From positions 558,001-622,000 of the forward strand of contig NW_003314326.1 of assembly GCF_000143415.4 (NCBI RefSeq): a stretch of 64,000 nt of DNA, in the 5' to 3' direction. The notes beneath the pieces were generated by a model, which saw nothing but the letters and a program-made list of their open reading frames with translations, did no database searches and had not been told where the DNA came from. Source of the DNA: Selaginella moellendorffii. Lineage: Eukaryota; Plantae; Lycopodiophyta. Below are positions 46,663-57,817 of the stretch, one piece after another (the first letter of the stretch is position 1; each line of letters opens with the position of its first letter). The position numbers were made by a program, and so were the translations under genes.

Positions 46663-47929
46663 GGTTGGATCAAAGACGTGATTGGCAGTGATTCCAAAGT
46701 GTTGCTGCTAAGAGATAAGGTAATTCCTTCTATATAGGTGAAGTAATAGATTGACCTGGAACGCTAGACTTTCAAGAAAAAAGAGTTATAACAATGTTGT
46801 ACCTCAGATTTACACATAGGGCAAGAATTTCATAATTTTTTTTGGTATGATTAGAAAAAAAGAGAACAATAATGCGCAGCAAATAAAATACATTGGTTAT
46901 CACATCTTCATGTTACAAACTAAGACACAGTATTTCGTCCTTTAGTGTGCATTCCAGATCACTGGAAAGATGTGGTTCATTGCCCTTCTAGAGTGTCTTT
47001 TCTACCCTAGTTCTCCCTTATATATGTATCATAGCTGTACCAGTTTGGCGACTCTCACTGGGAAAAATGCGTCCCTTGCAAAAAAGAAATATGCTGGAAA
47101 GGAGAAACCGGAAGACGTCTCAACCAAAAGAGGGTTGACAAAGAATGTTCTGAGACAGATTTCAAGGCCAAGCTCCAAGGCAAAGATGAATAGAAAACAA
47201 ATTCACAAGAACACAGAAAGATGGAAAAGTCCCAAGACATCCAGACACAAGTAATAGCCTGTCAAAAAGGATAAGTTGTCTGGCCGAAAGGACTGAACAA
47301 GGCAGCCAACTGTCAGCTTGAACCAACCCCTACTCTTGGACCAAGCGGCTTGGCCTTCTTTCAACGTAGGTAAGGCAGCCAAAACAAGTATCAAAGACGT
47401 CAAGGAAACACAAAGATACATATAAACAAGAGCCATATGAGGCAGGCTGAAAGCAACAAGAATGCATACCAATTTGATCAAAGAAATTCTATCTCATGAC
47501 ACTGAATGAATAGCCCTGCTTAAAGGAAAGAAACTTATCTCGTAAGAGAATCATAATAGACCTTTTATCGTTAACTCATTTTAAACCAGATACCCAAAAA
47601 GGATGAAGTTCCCAACCTAAGGAATTTAGAGTGCTTGAAACAAATATTCTACAGCATATGGAGCACAGGTTCGAAAGGAACTTACCTTAGGAACTTAACC
47701 TTATGGAGCAATGAACTTACCTTGGGTAAATGGCTCAAAACAATCCAAACCATTTAACAAATTTTGTACATTGAACAATGCTTTATGTCAAAATTTAATA
47801 GATACTAACTGGGAAATATCCCTGTATATCGCAGCCATTTGTACCAAACAAATCCTTGTTTTTCCCTTCCTAAGCGAGCGAGCGAGCGAGCGAGCAAGAA
47901 CGATCGAGAAGTCGACCGAGAAACCGAGA

Positions 47930-48721
47930 TCATACGCATCTGTGAAACTGGTGGCCACCGACGAATCCGCCTTGCATCGATCTCCTCACATTAGTTTCAA
48001 ACTGTTTGGGGTTTGTTCTAAGCACCTCAGCGGCTTCCTGATTCAAAGGATCTTCCGGGTTTGGATCCTACGAGCAAACAAACTAAACTGGTATCTTAAG
48101 TAGAGAAAACATGGATACTTACCAAGAAGAGGTACTGCAGGCCGTAGATGATCGAGTTTACGCTCAAGACTGGCTTCCAGTCCTCTCGGAGAATGTTGAG
48201 ACAAACATTTCCTTCGAGGTCGATGTTGGGGTGATAGATCTGCTCAAAGCTTCGTGTGAGCAAAGAAAAGAATGCAAAGAGGAGAGAAGAGCTTACTTTG
48301 GTCTTGCATTTTACTTTGGGAGCTTCGTGAGGATAGATTCCCGAGACCTGGAACGTGAAAACAAACAAACCTCCGCTGGAACAATCCAATCGATCAATCG
48401 ATAGCAACACTCACACGAAAAGAACTTACTGGTAGTAGCCTTCGTCCGGTCCGATGGTTATCTCGAAGTTGAGGAGATCATCCTTCCCGTTGGGGAATCT
48501 GATGGACGTAGATTTCGCCAAGTTGAGCTCACTGATATCTAGACAAAGAAAAGAAGACCAAGTTCTTCGTGAATGGATGAAGAAGGTGAGAGAGATTTAT
48601 TCGTTTTACCCTTTTGGACGCGCAACTCTCCGGGCGTTTGCTTCTTGCCGGCGCTGGGTTTGCCATTGGCGCCATCGGCAGCTTCCTTTTGCTTCTGCTT
48701 GACGCTGAAAAGCTTGATCAT
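47930..48721 (-). CDS. RCE1: NEDD8/RUB-conjugating enzyme E2 (RCE1/UBC12), 5 exons
   Basis: [12 protein letters not shown]-terminus and active site [23 protein letters not shown]. Exons 48721-48610, 48538-48430, 48375-48297, 48239-48123 and 48067-47930. Confidence 0.93.
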
Positions 48722-49306
48722 TATTGCCCCGGCGCCAAGCACTGGAATCGATCTCTCTCGCCGAAGACCTAAAACCACCGCCAGACCTAATTTGTCCCCC
48801 AAGCATTATGAGCGCGATGCCAAGGGTTTTGCTCCACCGCCATTCATCCACTAGAGCGCTGGACTCTCCAGGATCGATCGATAGATATCGCCGCAGGTAG
48901 ATCGAAATGTTGCTAGATGGATATGTGTTGGCCAGATTATCGGTGACTGAAAATCTGGTCACGGGGACGATTGATGGAGTGCTTGGAGATGCGATCGCCT
49001 GCTAACGTTCCAGTGAGTTTTGTTCTTGAAACATCAAAGGAAAAACCGCTTTTTTCAGGTATGCTACTAGCATTCGAGCGAATCTAGGATGCCTTGCGAA
49101 GTTTTCCCCGGAAGCTGATCAATCTAGCACAGAAGCTCGCGATCGATACACCAGTTACTACAAAATCCAGTTTTGTTCTAGAAAAAAAGAGAGACTAACA
49201 TTGTGATGGTTCTTCAGGTATGCGTTTCTATGCATTCTAGCGAATCCATTATTGCGAGTCACACACACACCTCACAGATGCACAGTAAGTGTTTCCAGCA
49301 CGCTCT

Positions 49307-50263
49307 CTAATGCTCTGAGCACGCAAACGTGTCTCCTCTTTGCAGGTTATCGAGAATCCCATTCAGGCTGTGCGCCTGGAAGGCGCAGTTCGAGCAAGTT
49401 GAGCTCCCATCGCTCACTGAACAAGCCGCGCAGTCCGACGCTCCCTGGTGCTGCACCAAGCAAACCGTGCCAACTTGCTGCTCCCACGACCCCGTGACCA
49501 CGGTATCCCACTCGTCACCGATGACAACCATGTTACGCTTCATCTCTGGAGAGAGCTGCAAGGACCTCGACCGCAGCGAGCCTCCAGCTCCCGGGCCGCT
49601 GAAAGCAACAACAGCAGCAGGTCCGCCGAGCGATGCCGAGACGAGAACCGCGAGTCCGGCACCCAGGCTATGGCCAGTGAGCAGCAGCGATGCGTTTGGA
49701 TACGCCTCCACAGCCTGGCGTGTGTAGCTCACACCTTGGGAGACGTAGTCGAGGCTCTGGTTGGAATAGGTGGAGAGGCAAGAGCTCAGGCTGGGAAGCG
49801 ACACCCTTGGAAGCTCTCCAAACAGGATCCGATCGACGCACAGGTCTGCCTGGGTGGAGGTGCCCCGGAACGCAACCACAATGCGTTTGTGAGCGGAGGT
49901 GGTGTCTTCCTCGTACACTAGGCCCCGAGCTCCGGTGTTTGAGGAGGGCTCGAGTGTTGGGACTTTGGGGGATGGCTTCCAGCCGGGGACGGAGGCGGCC
50001 GTGGCCGAGAATCCATAGGCGTTGGCGGAGATTGTGACGAGCGGGGAGATGAAGAGTGCCAGGCGCTTGGGATCATACTGTGAGAGCTTGGAGACTTCGT
50101 CCCACGCTTCTGGAGCTTCTTCGCTTGGTGGGATTTGTTTGGCTGAGCGGTGGTGGTGACGGCGGGCTAGAAGAACACTGGTAGTAACAATGGCGACCAC
50201 AACCAAGAGCACGAGCAGGAGAGTGGTGCATTTGCAAACCATGGCTTTGGGATTTTTCTTCAT
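49307..50263 (-). CDS. Class 3 lipase with N-terminal membrane anchor (ATG15-like), intronless
   Basis: Transmembrane segment; IVVAFRGTS; nucleophile elbow LTGHSLGAGLA; AFSGPG; candidate catalytic Asp (WDTV) and His (AHSL). Confidence 0.85.
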   Translation of the reverse strand: MKKNPKAMVCKCTTLLLVLLVVVAIVTTSVLLARRHHHRSAKQIPPSEEAPEAWDEVSKLSQYDPKRLALFISPLVTISANAYGFSATAASVPGWKPSPKVPTLEPSSNTGARGLVYEEDTTSAHKRIVVAFRGTSTQADLCVDRILFGELPRVSLPSLSSCLSTYSNQSLDYVSQGVSYTRQAVEAYPNASLLLTGHSLGAGLAVLVSASLGGPAAVVAFSGPGAGGSLRSRSLQLSPEMKRNMVVIGDEWDTVVTGSWEQQVGTVCLVQHQGASDCAACSVSDGSSTCSNCAFQAHSLNGILDNLQRGDTFACSEH

Positions 50264-51196
50264 TGGATCAAATTCTCACCTGTGTTCTCGCTGCGGGCCT
50301 GAGAATTAGAGATTCACCGGATCTCACCTATCCCCGTTGCCTTTGTCAAAGCTTCCAACTCTTTTTCACTTTATAATGGTCTAGATTTTTCAGCTCTTTC
50401 TTGCTTTATAATATCTCAACCCTTAAATTTTTGAGTATGCACAACATGAAACTATGGCGCCCATAGTTTCTTAGAACTGAAAATCTAAGATTCACAGATC
50501 TCACCTATCGGCATTGCCTTGGTCAAAGTTTTATATCTTATGATCTAACACCACACTTTACTATTATGGTCTGGATTTCTTAGATTTTCTATTTCTTTCT
50601 TTCTTTATATTAATCTAGCAGTTTCTTAGCAGATGTTGTATAATTTAAAGATGCAGTTTATGTGCTTCACAAATTTATAGTTTTACCATCAACTGTCAGG
50701 GGTTCCTTTGCAAGAGCGTAATCTCCAAGCGCTCTTGTTCTGCCTCGTATTAAACCTTTGGAATGCGGATTCTCTAGTGAGAGAGTAATAGGTCATTTAT
50801 AGAATATTCTAGTATATGCCAGATATTCCTCCAACAAACTGGATCTGGAGAGTAGGTAATGAAAAGTCCTCGAATGCTTTCACTTTTAAAAATCTTTATA
50901 CCCTCCAGGCCCAATTTTCAAAGTGTAGCCCTTCATCATCCAAAAGGAGGCTTATGAGATATGATTAAAACTCTGACGGAGTATGTTGTGAGTATGTTCC
51001 CAACTACTGTTAACTTTCAAAGTTCTTCACAGCTTTTCTCACCTATAAGTTTTCACAAAAGAGATGCAAGTTTACAAGGAAAAAGGAAAGAATGAAAACA
51101 GGGATATATGGAGTATGTAAGTTCGCTGCTTCTGAGATGTTTGGGAAGATGTATCAAAGACAAAAGTGAGAAGCGACAAGCGTTGAGATCTGCTGA

Positions 51197-53447
51197 TCAA
51201 CAAGCCGGACTGTTGAAGCTGTCTTGTCGAGGCCCTCGGATCCTCCCATACAAGCTAAACGCTGGTGCCTGGTTTGTCTTCGGCAAGAAGTACGCTCCCG
51301 GTCCTGGAGAATGAGGTCTCTCACGAGAAATCTTCCCCCGGATGCTGAAAGATGGAGAGCTTCTTCCGCTCTCGACGTTGTAAGCCCCCTGTCCCGGACT
51401 CCGGCTAGTCTTCTGGACTGGAACCTTTCCCGGCCTAGTCTCGAGTGGAAAATCATTCCATTCGTTGTTCTTCTTCACCAGGCCATAGATCGTAAGCGAT
51501 GGACTCGTCCGCTGTGCATAGGACCGTCCATGGAAGATCTCGATGTGTAGGAGCCGGGGCTGGGGGTGTCACGTCCTGATAACTCGAGAAGCTTGTCTGC
51601 ATCGAGAAGGATGGAGAGGAGCTCATGCACTGCGGACTGCATGATCCCCGGCCGGGAGAGTTTGGAGTTCTTGGCGAGCTTTGTCTCGACTGCATGGTGA
51701 GAGCCGGGCCTCTGGGAAGCCGCACAGAGTAAGTACCGTGGCCTGGAAAATCGCTTTCTCGTGGAGACGTCGCCTTGCCAGTGATGGTGAAAGCTGGTAG
51801 ACCAGAGCCGATGGTTCCATTCTCGTACTTGTAGGCTCCGGGACCGGGACTTCTCGAGCGGGGTGACGAGTCTCGGGGCTTGCCAGTGATTGAAAAATGC
51901 GGGCCGTGTGGCTTCCCTATGATCCTGTACGCTCCTGGCCCTGGATTTTCTGTTTTGTCCTCCGGAACAAAACGGCGAGTGCCGAGAGAGAAGGATGGCG
52001 AGCTCGGCCTCGACACAACGTCGTAAGTTCCTGGTCCTGGAAAGTTCTCCTTTGGACGTAATGGAATCCTGGACTTGATAGTTATCCAGGGACCGTTTGT
52101 TTGAAACTCGGCGTCCTGGTGTTCTCCCGGTCCCGGAGTTGGATCTGGTTGTGGAGGACCCGACGGCCGCCTCGGAGATAAACTGGATCTTCTCCTGGAG
52201 CGGGAACCTCTCCTGTCTAGATTGCCAGAGTCCCTTCTTCCTGACTCCCCTCTCTCTGGATTGAAAGCCGGATCATCCGGTTCCGGCATCAAGAAGGTCC
52301 CCGTCTTTGTGATCTTGTAAGCCGGTCCTTTCGGATTCACCTTGACGATGAAGTAGCCAACTTCCTTTTTCTTCTCCTTCTTCTTCTTCGGCAGATGCTC
52401 GGGCCTGTAGCTGGAATAAACCCCGTGACCAGGAACGTTTGCATGAGCATTCAACGAACCTTCAACCGCTGTCTTGGTCCAGCTAGTGTTTGTCTCTCGC
52501 ATCGGGCCGGCACCTTTGCCTAGGACGGACAACAAAGAAGCAAATGGCTTCGGGCTGTGAGCTCTGGGAGGCGAGTTAAACCGCGGCGCCATGGTGTAAG
52601 CCGGACCACCAAAAGTTCCTGGAAGATTGTGCTGCCCCGGCCCGGGACTCCGGTCCTTTGCAGCGTCTCTAAACCGAGGAGACATCGTGTAGCCTGGACC
52701 GTCCGGCCTCCTCTTTACGTAGTGTGCTCCTGGTCCGGGATTGTGAGACCTCTTGCCATCGCCAAGCCGGCTTCCCATCGAGAAAGCTGGCGAAGATGGC
52801 TGGGACTTCGGCGAGTACCATCCCGGCCCCGGTCCCGGCGATGACGATCCTCCACGCAAAGTAGCCGGCTTTCCAAAGTTCGTGGAAACCAAACTGGATG
52901 TGTCTAGCGCGACGTTCTTGGAGCTGGAAGTTTGTGTCGATTTCTCTGCCATGGTTGTGATCGGGAGCTTTAGAGGCTCGAGCTTCTTGGACTGGACGCT
53001 GGCACCATCCTGCTTCTCAGAGATCCCACTGCTCCTATAGCTAATCACCGGTACTCTAGTTGACAAGCTCTTGTTCCCCATGCTAGTGTGAGAGTTCCTG
53101 GAGCTCACCAGAGAGTTGCTGCTGCTACCATGGAAGAAAAATGGTGGTGGAGGAGGAAGAACCTCTATCTCGTCAAGCTCGCAAAGCTTAGCTCGAAAGA
53201 ATCCACTCCCTCCTAAAATCTCTGGCCTGGGGACGCTGTTGTGGAGGAGCCTGGGATGAAATACAGTGCTGCCTCGACAAGAAGGATCGCAAGCCTGTGA
53301 GAGATTGCCTGCTACTCGTCTCGGAGAGCTTGTGATTCCAATTCCAGCACTGCTCCAAGCGGATCTGGGAGTGGTGCCGCCGCCGCCGCCGCTGCCGTCC
53401 CAGTTCGTGTCGTGACCACTGCGCCAAAGAGCTGGCAGTTTGATCAT
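51197..53447 (-). CDS. ODF3/SHIPPO-1 (sperm-tail PG-rich repeat) protein
   Basis: Many PGPG(A/T/W)Y...P.(F/Y)(S/T)(M/I/L) repeats in ORF 51453-53447. Two more repeats continue in another frame (51197-51478), implying a frameshift or intron near 51450-51570. Confidence 0.82.
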
Positions 53448-53709
53448 CTTTGCTACCCAAGGCGCCCATCAATGGGAATTTTTTTCCACAGATTGTTCTT
53501 CCTATCAGAGGTTCTTGATGAAATGGATTGAATCGAAGCCGAGAGAGCCGCAAGAATCTCACCTGGGATCATCCGCGACTGCCGCAATGCGAACAGCGCT
53601 CCTCCTAGGGCTTTTTGGGCGGGAGTGCAAGCGCTGCGTAAATGCCGACGTGGCAAAAGCTTAGAACCCTAAAATCTTCGTTCTTTCTAGGGCTTTTGGT
53701 TTCGCGACG

Positions 53710-55966
53710 ATGCTGAAGAGAAAGGATTCGATGGCGAGGAACGAGGGCGAGAAGATGGAGATTATGCCTCTGGGAGCTGGAAGCGAGGTCGGCCGATCGT
53801 GCTGCCACATGACTTACAAGGGAAAGACGATTCTGGTGAGTGGATTTCGAGATTTCTTTCTTTCGAGCAAGGAAATGTGAAATGTGAGTGCTTTCCTGCC
53901 CAGTTCGACTGTGGAATCCATCCCGGGTACACTGGAATGGCCGCGTTGCCGTATTTCGATGAGATTGATCCGTCGACAATCGACGTGCTGTTAGTAACTC
54001 AGTAAGGATTTTCCTTTTCGTTTCCTTTTATTGTTCTACTCTTCGTGATCTCTGTTCCAGCTTTCATCTCGATCACGCGGCCTCGCTTCCATATTTTCTG
54101 GAGAAGGTACTTGATTTCTTTTTTGCGAGGCTGGTTTGTAAAGTTTTGTCTCTCAGACCACATTCAAAGGCCGAGTGTTCATGACACACGCAACCAAAGC
54201 CATTTACAAGCTTTTGCTCACGGACTATGTCAAGATCAGCAAAGGGTCTGTCGAAGACATGCTGTATGACGAGCAAGACGTGCTGAAAACCATGGACAAG
54301 ATCGAGGTATGTGTGGTGCTACCTGGGGTCACATCACTTACGGTGCCTACAGGTTATAGACTTTCACCAAACTATGGAGGTGAATGGGATACGCTTCTGG
54401 TGCTACACCGCGGGACATGTCCTCGGGGCAGCGATGTTCATGGTGGATATAGCCGGTATCCGGGTCTTATACACAGGAGACTACTCCAGAGAAGAGGATC
54501 GCCACCTCAAAGCCGCGGAAATGCCAGAGTTTTCTCCAGACGTCTGCATCATAGAGTCGACTTATGGCGTTCAGATTCATCAGCCGCGACACGTCCGGGA
54601 GAAGAGGTTTACGGAGACTATAGCGCAAACCGTGTCTCACGGAGGCAGAGTTCTCATTCCGGCTTTCGCTCTAGGACGAGCACAGGAGCTTCTGTTGATT
54701 CTGGACGAGTACTGGGAGGCTCACCCGGAGCTGCAACACATCCCGATATACTATGCTTCGCCGCTAGCCAAGAAGTGCATGGCAGTCTATCAGACTTACA
54801 TCAATTCCATGAACGACAAGATCAAGTCTCAGTACGAGAACTCGAATCCCTTCAACTTCAAGCATATCTCTCCTCTCAAGAGCATCGAGCAGTTCGAAGA
54901 TGTCGGGCCTTCGATTGTTATGGCTAGTCCAAGCGGTTTGCAGAGCGGGCTCTCTCGTCAGCTATTCGACCGCTGGTGTCAGGACAGGAAGAACGCTTGC
55001 GTGATACCGGGTTACGTTGTGGAAGGGACACTTGCAAAGACTATACTCAACGAGCCGAAGGAAGTTGCCCTCGTCAGTGGCCTCGTAGTTCCGCTCAACA
55101 TGAGGGTGGTGTACATCTCTTTTTCGGCACACGCGGACTTTGCTCAGACCAGCGCCTTCTTAGGGGAACTAAGGCCTCCGCACATTGTTCTCGTTCATGG
55201 AGAGCAGAACGAGATGGGCCGTCTAAAGGTCAAGTTACAGGCGCAGTTTGCAGAACAAAACGTCAAGATAAACTCGCCAAAGAACTGCCAACCCGTGGAG
55301 TTTTTTTTCAAAGGAGAGAAAGTTGCAAAGGCTGTTGGTAGGCTGGCGGAGAAAACACCAGACGAGGGGGGCGCAGTGAGCGGCCTGCTGATCAAGAAGA
55401 GCTTCACGTACCAGCTGATGGCTCCGGACGACCTTCATGTTTACACACAGCTTTCCAGGGGCAGCATCCAGCAGAGGCTCTCAGTCCCATACGACGGCGC
55501 ATTTGTTGTGCTGCGACACAGGATTGAGCAGATGTACGACGGCGTGGAACACGTTACAAAGGCCGAGAGCCAGACACTGAGGATCCATGACAAGGTGACG
55601 ATTTCTCAGGAGTCAAACGAGCATGTGGTCCTCCAGTGGGTGTCCGATCCAGTGAGCGACATGATAGCGGATTCAATAATTGCGATCATCACGAAGATGG
55701 ATCCTCGCTTGCTGACGGACGCCAATGGTCTGCCGAAGATTGAGGAGGATCTTACGGTTGTCCAGTCGCTGCTCACGTCTTTGTTTGGAGACGTCAAAGT
55801 AGACGAGGAAGGGAAGAAGCTCGTGATTTCTGTGGACGGAGTTGCTGCCACTGTGGACTACACCAGCCGCAGCGTCGAGTGTGACGATGACAATCTCAAA
55901 GAACGCATCAAATCTGCTCTTCACAGAATGCATAATGTTCTACACCCTCTGGCGATTGAAAGCTGA
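53710..55966 (+). CDS. CPSF3: Cleavage and polyadenylation specificity factor 73 kDa subunit (metallo-beta-lactamase/beta-CASP)
   Basis: [19 protein letters not shown], intron-split (Q/H)[49 protein letters not shown] and LVHGE; four short 5' introns. Confidence 0.95.
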
Positions 55967-57817
55967 TCCAACACACCTGGTCCTTCATGTGCTCGGTACG
56001 TTTTGTGATCATCATCGCAGTAACAAAATCCATGACTTTTAAGGTACGCTTTTTTCTGTTTTCTAGACTAAGACGGGATAGCGACGCGGTGTTGTTTGAT
56101 CTTGCAGCCTGGAGTTTTGCGCCCGACCCGACTTGCCGACTTTTTAAGATCTGGCATGGTATCGTTTCTTACTCAACCGGCACCTTTCACCATCTGTGCA
56201 AGATCATAAGCTCGTCGTTGCTGACCTGTGTTGATGTTCTCGACAAGTGTTTTTTATATTCGAAGAGGTGGGGAATTATGCTTACAACCACAAACGACTG
56301 CCGCTGCACTGGTGTTTCACACTACTCCAGATTAAAAGATAAAAAAAAACGAAGGAAAAGGTATGTCTTTTAAACTTCCGTCAGGAGAAACGCATTTTGA
56401 TATTATTGTTCATTCCTGTCAATGCAGCGCAGTGTTGGCGCGTTGGTTTCCACCACCATCGCATGGACTGCGGACTGGAAACTCTCGTGAAGCCCATGAA
56501 GTGGAATCCGACGGCATTCAGGCGTCGTCTAGTGGAGTTACAGGTAACTTTCTTCCCACCTAGCAATGTTCCAGCAGATGTTTCGCTTTTGGATCCTCCG
56601 ATTTGGGGCCCCGGAATGGAGGAGTGCGTTCCGGGACGCGGTCAGAGCGATATCCGGAAGACTGGACGGACTGCATTTCTTTTCCACAGGTGAGCTGTGC
56701 TGTGTCGCTTTGTTTCATTCCAAGTGGAACTTATCTCGTTTTGCGGTGCTTGTTTTTGTAGGAAAGAAATCGTAGCGAGCACAGCACAAGAGGTTCTCTC
56801 TATAATGGTAGAGATGCCAGAAGCTGCAGAGGGACTGCCAGGAGGTATAATTTTTGGAGCAGTGGCGCTGTGGCAGTAGCTCACAGGGCGGGCCAAGCCA
56901 ACAAGGAAAGCGTCTGTGTTGGAAATGACGCTGAAAGGATTGGATTTATTCCTTCGTGCTCGAGCACATGGATGAAAGAGGTCGACTGGTATGGAAAAAA
57001 GAAGATGGTATATACAAATCTAAGCTCTAAGATCTAAGATCTAATGTAATGTCCAGGGATCGATCTGGAAGTTTGGGAGAGAGGATAAAAAGATATCATA
57101 CTACTTCAGAGTACATTATAGTTACGTCCAAAGATATTCTTCCATTCCAGACAGACAAAGAATTGCTTGGAGAGGGATCCTTTGGGAAAGATTCGAACCG
57201 GCGACCTTGGCGCTAGCAATCATGGGATCTCCATAATCTCCGACAGTAATTAGCAGCAGTTGTTTGCTCTAATTGCCCACGCTAACGGGCAGGGTAGTGA
57301 AAGTTTTGGATTGGTCCGGTCAATTTAGTTGGGTGCGAGCCACTGTGGACCAGACACGTGTCACGACCCGCTGGTCCCTGTCGCAGCGGTGGGGGTTTTT
57401 ATTTTTTACTGCGGTGGCGTAAATTCAAATCCAAGGCCAGGATCAACGGCTATCAATGTTTCACCGTTGACGGTTTCATCTGGCCCGTCAACCATGAGAG
57501 GACCGGCCGAACTTCAAACCTTTTACCCGCCCGCAGTAAACTCGTTTGCTGGTTCGGGGCTCGTGCCTCGGTGCCGAGCCTGGCCCGAGCTTTTGGCTAT
57601 GGCTTGTATTTGGAAATAGTTTTTATTTTAGTGTTCTGTGCATAGGGTTTGTGTGGTGTGTGTGGAGAAAATGTGAGAAGAGGATTGCTCGGGGATCTCG
57701 TCTATCTGCGAATCGCGAGAATGTCTGGATTCTAGGATGGTGAAATTTCGTCACAGATGACTACGCCGCGGCTGGATTCAAGAAAATTCTCCGGGAATCG
57801 GCAGCGCGAGCTCGGCG

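Noticed and set aside
47203-47481. Hydrophobic ORF starting MIKLVCILV, similar to the CVNH signal peptide
   Set aside because: Non-ATG start and no Cys/NNDG repeat follows, so it cannot be called a paralog.
50311-50620. ~180-bp tandem duplication with hairpin GAAACTATGG-CGC-CCATAGTTTC (50448-50470), a possible Helitron end
   Set aside because: No properly placed CTRR|T terminus; treated as a local promoter duplication.
56363-56900. Exon-like segments with GT/AG signals after CPSF73
   Set aside because: I could not build a consistent gene model or recognise a family.
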